Assembly: GCA_002348925.1 (NCBI GenBank) | Contig: DEBV01000004.1 | Location: 1-41,801, forward strand | Length of the DNA: 41,801 bases | Source of the DNA: Alphaproteobacteria bacterium UBA2947 | GTDB lineage: Bacteria; Pseudomonadota; Alphaproteobacteria; Rs-D84 | Reading direction: 5' to 3' | Shown here: positions 24,991 to 33,441 of the stretch, in pieces | How positions within the stretch are numbered: position 1 is the stretch's first letter | Layout of the letters: each line of letters begins with the position of its first letter | The notes under the pieces: generated by a model | What the model was told of the DNA's origin: nothing | Seen by the model: only the letters and a program-made list of their open reading frames with translations | The model's database searches: none | Translations under genes and position numbers: made by a program

Positions 24991-26139
24991 ATGTCGAGAT
25001 TTATAACGCGTGGTGATGAAAGTAAATTAACCAGTTGGTATTACGAAATAGACAGAAATTTATTAAGAATGATTCTGTTGTTAATCGCAATCGGGCTGTT
25101 TACGATGATAACTGCTGGATCTGCTGATGCTGCGCGTCTTGGGCGACCTTGGTTCCATTATATTCAACAAGGTTTTGTACCATATACATTTGGTTTAATA
25201 TGTTTGTTTGGTTTCAGTATGTTGAACAAACAGCAAATAATAAAATTGTCAATAGTTGGCGCAGTAGTTGGTGTGTGTGCATTGCTTTTTACTTTTGTTC
25301 ACCCTGTTTATATAAATGGTTCGGCGCGTTGGGTTAATATTGGTGGGTTAAAGTTTATGCCTGCGGATATATTAAAACCATTTTTCATAGTACTAACCGC
25401 ATGGTTTTTGGCATATATGCATAAATTGTATGGTGGTGATATATTCCTTAATAAAGATGCATGGCGTGCAAAATGGCAAAGTTGGTGGCCGTATTTGGTG
25501 ATATTTTTAATATGTATGGTGTTGATTTTTAAACACCCAGACGTTGGTACTGCGGCATTGTATTTTAGTGTTTTGGTGGTGATGATTTTTGTGGCAGGTT
25601 TACCATGGAAGTTTATGCCAGCTATATTCGGCGCAGTTGTTGCTTTGATAGTCGCAGCATTTACTTTTATGCCGCATATTCGTTCGCGTGCAGCACATAT
25701 TTTTGATATAGTTCCGCGAACACAGGCGTGGTATTCAATAAATTCTATCAAGCATGGCGGTCTTTTTGGCAGCGGTGAAGAAGCGTATGTCAAAGATGTT
25801 TTGCCAGAATCTATTAACGATTTTGTTTATGCTTCGATAGCGGAAGATTGGGGTGCCATAGGTGCGTGTGCGCTGGTCGTGTTGCTGTTTTTTGTTTTCA
25901 ATAATTTAATTCGACACGCGGTATCCGCACGTGATGATTTTGTGATTTATGCGATTACTGGTGCGGCGGCAGTGTTCGCAGGACAAATTTGCTTTAATTT
26001 GATGACAGCATTGCACTTGATTATAGATAAAGGTATGACATTGCCATTTGTTTCTTATGGTGGTGTTTCTTTTATAACATTTTGTATATTGTTTGGGATA
26101 ATTTTAGCACTTATTCGTGAAGATACATGGAACAGATAA
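24991..26139 (+). CDS. ftsW: SEDS-family peptidoglycan glycosyltransferase FtsW
   Basis: ~10 TM SEDS protein with a ...GMTLPFVSYGG... C-terminal motif. Its position between mraY and murG supports FtsW rather than RodA. Confidence 0.85.
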   Translation: MSRFITRGDESKLTSWYYEIDRNLLRMILLLIAIGLFTMITAGSADAARLGRPWFHYIQQGFVPYTFGLICLFGFSMLNKQQIIKLSIVGAVVGVCALLFTFVHPVYINGSARWVNIGGLKFMPADILKPFFIVLTAWFLAYMHKLYGGDIFLNKDAWRAKWQSWWPYLVIFLICMVLIFKHPDVGTAALYFSVLVVMIFVAGLPWKFMPAIFGAVVALIVAAFTFMPHIRSRAAHIFDIVPRTQAWYSINSIKHGGLFGSGEEAYVKDVLPESINDFVYASIAEDWGAIGACALVVLLFFVFNNLIRHAVSARDDFVIYAITGAAAVFAGQICFNLMTALHLIIDKGMTLPFVSYGGVSFITFCILFGIILALIREDTWNR

Positions 26140-26154
26140 CCAAAAGGGGCAAAA

Positions 26155-27201
26155 ATGAAAATATGGATTGCAACAGGTGGTACGGGAGGACATGTTTTTC
26201 CTGCTTTAAGCGTTGCCAAAGAATTGGAAAAGCGTGGTCATAAAATAACTATTTCAACAGACGGTCGTGTTATGAAAATGGTACGCGACGGTAAACCTGA
26301 AAAAGCACATGTTGCTTTTGTTTGGGCGGCAGGTGTTGGCGCTAAATCTAAGATTAAACAAATGATTGCGCTGGGTAAAATAGGTGTATCTGCAGTTGCG
26401 TTAATATTAAGATTTGCTTTTTCACGCCCAGCACGCGTGGTTGCTTTTGGTGGATACGCATCTGTACCCGCTGTGTTTGCTGCACATGTTTGGAAAATAC
26501 CAACCTTTTTACACGAACAAAACGCAGCGATTGGTCGTGCAAACAAATTCGCAATGCGTTGGGTAGAAACTTTGATGACCAGTTTTGAAAATGTAGAAGG
26601 TATGCCAAAGAAAACAAATGTTCGTGTTGTTTATTCTGGTTTGCCTGTGCGTGAAGATTTTATAAAAAACGCAAATGCAAAATTAAAACATGAAAACAAG
26701 ATTTTGGTTACTGGTGGTTCACTGGGTGCACAAATATTGGATGAAATAGTGCCATTGGCAATTGCTGGTATGAAAAATAAAAAAATATTTATAACGCATC
26801 AAACGCGTCCTGAAAATGTAGAAAAATTGCAACAGTTTTATGCATCTCACAAGATTCACGCTAATGTTTTGTCTTTTATTCGTGATATGGCAACATCTAT
26901 TGTTGATGCAGATTTGGTTATTGGACGCAGTGGTGCCAGTACTGTTATAGAATTGGAAACAATCGGACGACCTGCGATACTGGTGCCTTTGAACATAAAT
27001 CCAGACCAAGCGGCAAACGCAGCGTCTTTTGCAAAACTGGGCGGTGGGTTTGATGTTGAACAGAGTAAATTTTCAGCAAAATGGTTAACATCTACTTTGG
27101 ACGATTTGTTTGATAATCCAACGCGTCTTGACAAGATGGCAAAGAAAGCATATGTGCCAAATTTAGCTGTTCAAAAAATAGCAGATACAGTCACAAAATA
27201 A
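26155..27201 (+). CDS. murG: UDP-GlcNAc:lipid I N-acetylglucosaminyltransferase
   Basis: N-terminal ATGGTGGHVFPALSVAKEL G-loop, and GRSGASTVIELETIGRPAILVP in the C-terminal domain. Confidence 0.93.
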   Translation: MKIWIATGGTGGHVFPALSVAKELEKRGHKITISTDGRVMKMVRDGKPEKAHVAFVWAAGVGAKSKIKQMIALGKIGVSAVALILRFAFSRPARVVAFGGYASVPAVFAAHVWKIPTFLHEQNAAIGRANKFAMRWVETLMTSFENVEGMPKKTNVRVVYSGLPVREDFIKNANAKLKHENKILVTGGSLGAQILDEIVPLAIAGMKNKKIFITHQTRPENVEKLQQFYASHKIHANVLSFIRDMATSIVDADLVIGRSGASTVIELETIGRPAILVPLNINPDQAANAASFAKLGGGFDVEQSKFSAKWLTSTLDDLFDNPTRLDKMAKKAYVPNLAVQKIADTVTK

Positions 27202-27204
27202 AAA

Positions 27205-27226
27205 ATGCCCGTTTGGGCATTTTTTA
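27205..27226 (+). terminator. Intrinsic terminator after murG
   Basis: ATGCCC(27205-27210) GTTT GGGCAT(27215-27220) followed by T5. Confidence 0.75.
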
Positions 27227-27276
27227 CTTGCCCACGATTCGTAATTTGTTCTATGATTAAACAAGGAAGGAAAGGA

Positions 27277-28524
27277 ATGAAATATTTTTCGTCATCTTTG
27301 ATTGCATATTTTGTTTGTGTAAATGCTGGGATTTGTGCGTATTTGCCAGTGGTTGATGTGTCACGTGGTGGTGTGTCTGCACGTGCGGCATTTGGCGAAG
27401 AAATCGTTCCTGAAAAAACGGTTGCGGTTGCACCTGTTCAAAAAAAAGAAAAAAAAGTTGTTGCACGTGTTGCGAAAAAAACAACTATGCCAATTGCGAG
27501 TGCTGATGTTTTAAAACCTAACCGCCCAAGTTCTGATTTGTGGGCACGCAATACTTCTGAAGTTTCTCTTCGCATGCCACGTATGGACGAAATTTCTGTG
27601 ATAAAATCAGAAGCGTTATTGCCAGAAGAATCTTTGATGGCAGAACCTGTAAAAATTGCAGAGGTAAAACAACAGCCAAACGAAACATTTGTTCAACGCG
27701 ATGAAGCGTTAAATGAATTAAAACAATTACGGGCAGAGGTTGCACGCCTTGCAAAAATGCAACAAGAATCTCAAATTGCAAATGCGCGTCCTATTTCTGT
27801 GCGCACGCCAATCGCAGGTGTTGCAAATGTTGCGCCAAAAGAAGTTTCTGAAACTGCACGCGAAGTAAATGTGCGTCGTAATGTTGTTTCTATGGATACG
27901 CCAAAACAGATTGCAAGTCGCAGCGTAAATAATGTTGCAGAACCAAAAACTGCATCTGTAAAAAATGAAATGACAAAGATGACGCCAAACGAATTGAAAA
28001 AAGCGTTCAAGAAAACTTATTTGTCAGAAAACAAACATTTATCAACATATCAAATAGATGATAAATTTGACGCAATAAGTGATATGTCTTTTGATACCGA
28101 AGGTTTCACTGCTGCACGCGATTTATCTGAAATGGAAGGTGGTGTTCGCCCAATGGAAATAAAAATATCTTTCCTTAATGGTGACAGCGGTTTATCACGT
28201 GATAATTATGATATTTTGACACAAACAGCATCCATAGTTGTAAATAATCCAAAGCGTGCAATTCAAATTGCAATACCAGAATCTGCAACGCATACAAAAG
28301 ATGCACGTAAATTAGCGGCTAAACGTTTAGCTATTGTTGAACAGGTTTTGCGCGATACAGGAATTGCAGATCAAAGAATTGTTCCTGTGTTATCACAACG
28401 CGATGATGACGTGTTTGTATTGCGTGTAATTTCTGGGGATACATTTGAATCTTTGCGTGAACAAAAACGCAATATGTTTGGTGATACTGTATCTACAAAA
28501 ACATACAAAAGTATGTCGTGGTAA
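27277..28524 (+). CDS. Secreted/anchored protein with long low-complexity linker and OmpA/MotB-like C-terminal domain
   Basis: ATG 27277 follows AGGAAAGGA. The track start at 27205 lies inside the murG terminator. N-terminal hydrophobic segment. Coiled-coil segment. The C-terminus ISFLNGDSGLSRDNYDILTQTASIV...RKLAAKRLAIVEQVLRDTGI resembles the OmpA_C peptidoglycan-binding fold pattern but is degenerate. Confidence 0.75.
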   Translation: MKYFSSSLIAYFVCVNAGICAYLPVVDVSRGGVSARAAFGEEIVPEKTVAVAPVQKKEKKVVARVAKKTTMPIASADVLKPNRPSSDLWARNTSEVSLRMPRMDEISVIKSEALLPEESLMAEPVKIAEVKQQPNETFVQRDEALNELKQLRAEVARLAKMQQESQIANARPISVRTPIAGVANVAPKEVSETAREVNVRRNVVSMDTPKQIASRSVNNVAEPKTASVKNEMTKMTPNELKKAFKKTYLSENKHLSTYQIDDKFDAISDMSFDTEGFTAARDLSEMEGGVRPMEIKISFLNGDSGLSRDNYDILTQTASIVVNNPKRAIQIAIPESATHTKDARKLAAKRLAIVEQVLRDTGIADQRIVPVLSQRDDDVFVLRVISGDTFESLREQKRNMFGDTVSTKTYKSMSW

Positions 28525-29240
28525 AAATATTTAAATCTTTATTGAATTTTATCTATCCACCGATTTGTCCTGTATGCAACGACTTGGTTGAATCACATGG
28601 AAATTTGTGTGCAACTTGTTGGTCGCGCTTTAATTGGATTTCAAATCCAAAATGTTTTAAATGCGGCTATCCGTTTCCTGCTGATTTAGATTTGGGACCA
28701 AAACCACTTTGTCCACATTGTGCATCTGGTGAATGCGATTTAAATTTTATTCGTTCTGCATGTGTGTATGATGATATTTCAAAAAATATAATGTTGCCGT
28801 TTAAGCATGCGTCACAACTGAAATATCAATCCTTGATGTCAAAAGCAATGATAAATTGTCTGCGTGATTTGAATTTAGAAGTTGATGTTGTTTTGCCTGT
28901 TCCATTGGCTTACAAAAGATTGTTCAAACGTGGATATAATCAGGCAACTTTGTTGGCGCGACCAATTGCCAAATATTTTAATGCAGTTTTAGATATAGAT
29001 TCTATATCACGCAAATACAGACAAGATATGGGGCATAAAAGTTCTAAACAAAGACGTGAAAATGTTCGTGGTGTTTTCGTTATAAAAAACAAAGATAATA
29101 TTCGTGGCAAAAAGATTTTAATTGTTGATGATGTTATGACCAGTGGCGCAACTTTTTATGAATTAAACCGCGTTTTACGCAAAGCAGGGGCATCTGCCGT
29201 ATACGCTGTTTCTTTTTGTCGTGTTGTCCATGCGATTTAG
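28518..29240 (+). CDS. comF: ComF-family phosphoribosyltransferase-domain protein
   Basis: N-terminal double CxxC zinc-finger region (CPVC...CATC, CFKC...CPHC) and PRTase motif ILIVDDVMTSGAT. GTG start overlaps the upstream stop. Confidence 0.85.
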   Translation: MVKIFKSLLNFIYPPICPVCNDLVESHGNLCATCWSRFNWISNPKCFKCGYPFPADLDLGPKPLCPHCASGECDLNFIRSACVYDDISKNIMLPFKHASQLKYQSLMSKAMINCLRDLNLEVDVVLPVPLAYKRLFKRGYNQATLLARPIAKYFNAVLDIDSISRKYRQDMGHKSSKQRRENVRGVFVIKNKDNIRGKKILIVDDVMTSGATFYELNRVLRKAGASAVYAVSFCRVVHAI

Positions 29241-29599
29241 TGTTTTACAGGACACAGTGATTGTTGCAAAAAATTTGCCAGTTCTAATTCGTGCCCGTTC
29301 ATTGTTTGCGCTGTTTCTTGCAGGTCTATTTTTTCTTTACATGCGTTTATTATATCAACCATATCTTTTTGTTCAGAACTCAAGGGTCTAGAATTGCTTT
29401 GGTCCCAACGCACAGACAGAATATTTTTGTTGTTCACAGATATGCTGTAATTATTCGTTGCCCATCCGTTTATTATATACAGAATTTCGCGTCCTTGTTT
29501 ATCAAATACTGTGTATTTTTCCCCCATTGGTACAGATGTCCGAACAAGTCGATTATTGTGAATAGTTTCTTTGACAAGCATTTTGATAATTTTATTCAT
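29237..29599 (-). CDS. Hypothetical protein (120 aa)
   Basis: Strong SD GGGGGAAAGA precedes the ATG. No motif I recognise. Its 3' end overlaps the comF 3' end by 4 nt (convergent). Confidence 0.6.
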   Translation of the reverse strand: MNKIIKMLVKETIHNNRLVRTSVPMGEKYTVFDKQGREILYIINGWATNNYSISVNNKNILSVRWDQSNSRPLSSEQKDMVDIINACKEKIDLQETAQTMNGHELELANFLQQSLCPVKH

Positions 29600-29739
29600 T
29601 CTTTCCCCCGGATTTTTACAGAAATTATAAGCGCTCAGGGTGCTTTTTGCACTAGGAACGTTTTTCGTTTATTTATTTGATTTTGTGTTTTTATAGTGTA
29701 AAATTCGTTTGGTAAATTTAACACTTAAGGTTTAAGCAC

Positions 29740-32139
29740 ATGAATATCAATCTTGAAAAAAATACAAACATACATGAAACGGAATCCAGAATTCAAAAAT
29801 TCTGGGATGATAATCATTTTTGGGAAAATGATGTTAATTCAACCAAGAAATCATTTTGTATTATGATGCCACCACCAAATGTGACTGGTAATTTGCATAT
29901 GGGGCATGCGTTGGATAATGTTTTGACTGATATCGTGTGCAGATATAAACGTATGGCGGGTTTTGATGTCCTCTGGCAACCAGGTACAGACCATGCTTCA
30001 ATTGCGACACAATTATTGGTGGAGCGCGATTTGTCTAAACGTGGCATAAATCCACACAGTTTGTCTTTGACGGAAAAATTAGATGCCGCATGGAAATGGA
30101 AAGCAGACAAGGGCGGACAAATTATGAATCAGTTGCACATACTTGGTGTGACGCCTGTATGGAAACGCGAAAGATTCACTATGGACGAAGGTTTATCAAA
30201 CGCGGTTACAAAATTGTTTGTGAAAATGTACAACGAAGGTTTGATTTATCGTGAAAAACGTCTTGTAAATTGGTGTCCAAAACAACAAACATCTGTTTCT
30301 GATTTGGAAATCGAAACACGCGAAGAAAATGGTAAATTTTATTATTTCAATTATCCATTGGTTGATGGTGGCTTTGTTGAAATTGCAACTACGCGTCCTG
30401 AAACATTGTTCGGTGATAAAGCAATCGCGGTACATCCTGAAAATGAAAAGTTAAAACATTTGATTGGAAAGAAAGCAATTATTCCATTAACAGATATTGA
30501 AATACCAATTGTTGGTGACGAACATGCGGATCCTGAAAAAGGTACAGGTGCGGTGAAAATTACACCTGCACATGACTTTGACGACTTTGAAGTTGGTCTT
30601 CGTCATAACCTTGAACCACTTTGCATTTTGACGAATGATGCAAAGTTGAACAATGAAAGTGTTGTTCCTGAAAAATATCGTGGTATGGACAGATATGTTG
30701 CGCGTAAAGCAATAGTAGAAGATATAGAAGCCGCGGGTTTAATGGTAAAAATCGAAGACAGGGTTATACCAACGCCTTATTCAGAACGCGGTAATGTGCC
30801 AGTTGAACCAATGTTAACGACACAGTGGTTTGTTGATGCTGAAAAACTTGCACAGCCTGCAATTAAAGCAGTAGAAGAAGGTAAAATAAAATTCTTGCCA
30901 GACCACAGATATAATTTGTTTATGTCTTGGATGAAGAATATTCGTCCTTGGACTATTTCGCGTCAATTGTGGTGGGGACATCATATCCCTGCATGGTATG
31001 ACAGTGAAGGCAATGTTTATGTTGCAGAAACCGAAAGCGAAGCAATCAAACAATCTGGGGGTAAAACTTTAACACGTGATAGCGATGTATTGGATACATG
31101 GTTCTCGTCTGGTTTGTGGCCATTCTCAACACTTGGCTGGCCAGAAGACACATTGGAATTGAAAAAATATTATCCAACAGACCTGTTGTATACCGGTGCA
31201 GATATTATCTTTTTCTGGGTTGCGCGTATGGTTATGATGGGAATTTACGTGATGGGCGATGTTCCGTTCCACACTGTTAATTTCCATGGACTTGTTTTAG
31301 ATTCCAAGGGGCAAAAGATGTCAAAAACCAAAGGCAATGGTACAGATCCATTAACCGCGGTTGATAAATTTGGTGTTGATGCGTTGCGCTATTGGATTGC
31401 AACCGCGCCTATCGGAACAAGTTTAAGATACAGTGATGACGAAGTTAAACGTGGTTCAAAACTTTTAACAAAATTGTGGAATGCATCAAGATATGTTTTG
31501 ATGAATTTGACTGATTTTGAACCAGCGAATGCAAAAGAAGTTCCTGTAAACGAAAGATTTATCGAAGACAGATGGGTGTTGTCTGAATTGAATAAAACAA
31601 TCGCAGAAACGCGTAAGAATTTGGACAGATACGATAACTATAATTCACGCAGTGCAATCGATACATTCTTTTGGGATATTTTCTGTGATCAGTATTTGGA
31701 ATTTATCAAAGACAGATTCTGGTCCCCTGAAAAATACAGCGCGGAATCTAAATTGTCTGCACAATGGACTTTGTACACAGTATTGCGTGCAATAATCGGT
31801 TTGTATGCGCCATTTATTCCATTTATTACCGAAGAATTATGGCAAAAGATTTACAAAGATGTTGAGGGTGGTGAAACATTACACCTGACTGCATATCCAG
31901 AAGTAAAATCTGAATATGATACAGATGTTTCGCAAATGGATATCGCACTGGATATTTTGAAAAATGTTCGTGGGCTTCGCACCGAAAGAAAAGTTGGAAA
32001 CGGTGCAAAGCTGGAAACGCTTACAATACCATCAGATACACCAGAAATTTTGCATGGTCTGATAAAATCTGCGGCGCGTGCAAATGAAATCGTCTTGGGT
32101 AAAGAAATCGATTTTATTGTTGCGGAAAATAATGTATAA
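29740..32139 (+). CDS. valS: Valyl-tRNA synthetase (short form, no C-terminal coiled coil)
   Basis: HIGH region PPPNVTGNLHMGHAL. KMSKS region KMSKTKGN. Editing-domain TTRPETLFGD. 799 aa. Confidence 0.93.
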   Translation: MNINLEKNTNIHETESRIQKFWDDNHFWENDVNSTKKSFCIMMPPPNVTGNLHMGHALDNVLTDIVCRYKRMAGFDVLWQPGTDHASIATQLLVERDLSKRGINPHSLSLTEKLDAAWKWKADKGGQIMNQLHILGVTPVWKRERFTMDEGLSNAVTKLFVKMYNEGLIYREKRLVNWCPKQQTSVSDLEIETREENGKFYYFNYPLVDGGFVEIATTRPETLFGDKAIAVHPENEKLKHLIGKKAIIPLTDIEIPIVGDEHADPEKGTGAVKITPAHDFDDFEVGLRHNLEPLCILTNDAKLNNESVVPEKYRGMDRYVARKAIVEDIEAAGLMVKIEDRVIPTPYSERGNVPVEPMLTTQWFVDAEKLAQPAIKAVEEGKIKFLPDHRYNLFMSWMKNIRPWTISRQLWWGHHIPAWYDSEGNVYVAETESEAIKQSGGKTLTRDSDVLDTWFSSGLWPFSTLGWPEDTLELKKYYPTDLLYTGADIIFFWVARMVMMGIYVMGDVPFHTVNFHGLVLDSKGQKMSKTKGNGTDPLTAVDKFGVDALRYWIATAPIGTSLRYSDDEVKRGSKLLTKLWNASRYVLMNLTDFEPANAKEVPVNERFIEDRWVLSELNKTIAETRKNLDRYDNYNSRSAIDTFFWDIFCDQYLEFIKDRFWSPEKYSAESKLSAQWTLYTVLRAIIGLYAPFIPFITEELWQKIYKDVEGGETLHLTAYPEVKSEYDTDVSQMDIALDILKNVRGLRTERKVGNGAKLETLTIPSDTPEILHGLIKSAARANEIVLGKEIDFIVAENNV

Positions 32140-32160
32140 TGGTGACAATAGGGGGCCCCA

Positions 32161-32889
32161 ATGATATCAAAATTGGTTAAAGAGAGAAAACTGAAGACCT
32201 ATCAGTGTGACCGTTATGGTTATTTGCGTCCCATTGCGTTGATGAATAAATTACAGGGTTTGGCTGGAATGCATGCCGATATGTTGGGTGCAGGACGTGA
32301 TTATTGCTCTTCGCGTGGTGTTGCATGGGTTCTGACCCATATGTTTGTAGATATTGTTGATATGCCACGTGCCGAAGAAGAACTGGTTTATTCAACATGG
32401 CCATCTCAAACGGGTGTGTTGCGCAGTGAACGTGATTTTGAAATACGGGGCAAAGACGGTAAATTAAAAATTCGTGCAATATCTCAATGGGTAATGATAG
32501 ATTTGAAAACGCGTCGTCCAGTGCGCATAACAGATGTTTTGCCAGATTGGGAAGGTTTGCCAGAACGGGTTTGGAATCGCGAATTTGACAAAGGGGCAGA
32601 TTTTGTTCCTACTAAATCAAGTGTTTGGGCGTGCCGTTTTGATGATATAGATGTTAATCAACATATAAATAATGCTGTTTATACTGTGTGGGCAACGGAA
32701 AGCGTTGGCTTTGATTATCGCGACAGTCATAAATTACGTGGCATAGATGTTTACTTTGAACACGAAATAAACCCAAATACACCAACAGTGCGTATAGAGG
32801 TTGCTTTTGATGGCAATACAACATATCACAAAATTATGACAGATGAAATCGAGCATGCGAAAATAGTGTGCCGTTGGGAACACAAGTAA
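32161..32889 (+). CDS. Acyl-[acyl-carrier-protein] thioesterase
   Basis: Double hot-dog pattern of PF01643: ...RGVAWVLTHMFVDIVDMP...STWPS... and RFDDIDVNQHINNAVYTVWATE. Confidence 0.8.
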   Translation: MISKLVKERKLKTYQCDRYGYLRPIALMNKLQGLAGMHADMLGAGRDYCSSRGVAWVLTHMFVDIVDMPRAEEELVYSTWPSQTGVLRSERDFEIRGKDGKLKIRAISQWVMIDLKTRRPVRITDVLPDWEGLPERVWNREFDKGADFVPTKSSVWACRFDDIDVNQHINNAVYTVWATESVGFDYRDSHKLRGIDVYFEHEINPNTPTVRIEVAFDGNTTYHKIMTDEIEHAKIVCRWEHK

Positions 32890-32910
32890 ATAACCGTAAT
32901 TATTGAAATA

Positions 32911-32934
32911 AAAAAACACCCAATTGGGTGTTTT
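32911..32934. terminator. Bidirectional intrinsic terminator (thioesterase / rpmH)
   Basis: A-run, ACACCC(32916-32921) AATT GGGTGT(32926-32931), T-run. It lies between convergent genes. Confidence 0.75.
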
Positions 32935-32956
32935 AATTTCTTATAAAACCATCGTT

Positions 32957-33109
32957 TTAGTTAACAGCAGATACTGCCAAACGTTTACGACCACATGCAC
33001 GACGACGGTTCAAAACATCGCGTCCAGATTTTGTCGCCATTTTTTCACGAAAGCCATGTGTTTTAACACGACGTGTCTTAGATGGTTGATATGTTCTTTT
33101 TGTTGCCAT
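32957..33109 (-). CDS. rpmH: 50S ribosomal protein L34
   Basis: Hand translation of the - strand gives [50 protein letters not shown], which is canonical L34. It is absent from the ORF track because it is under 60 aa. Confidence 0.95.
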   Translation of the reverse strand: MATKRTYQPSKTRRVKTHGFREKMATKSGRDVLNRRRACGRKRLAVSAVN

Positions 33110-33441
33110 TTGTTTTATCCTTTTAACTTTGCTCTATTTAACCATATGTTTTTGCAAAACGCAACTATTTTATTTACTTTTTATCAAACCGCATTTTTTC
33201 ATTGCTTCTGTGCACAAATACCATACAAAAATGTATGCTAATAATTGTGCGAACGGTAAAAATATGCCTGAAAATTTCATCGTTTAGGCCCTTTGTTATC
33301 CTAGAGTATTCTAGCATTTATGTTTGATTTGTCAAATTTTTGCACAAAAGGCATTTTTTGCCGATTTTTTTGCTTTATTTCTTGACCGAAACGGTAAAAT
33401 TTTGCTATGTTTTTACTATCGAAAAATAGGGGAAAATAAGT

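Noticed and set aside
32924-33241. 105-aa + strand ORF
   Set aside because: It is antisense to the unmistakable rpmH (L34) gene at 32957-33109.
33110-33441. Possible oriC next to rpmH
   Set aside because: The rpmH neighbourhood often holds dnaA/oriC, but here there is no dnaA or rnpA. I found only loose TTATCC-like fragments and no cluster of TTATCCACA boxes, so this reads as a simple divergent promoter region.
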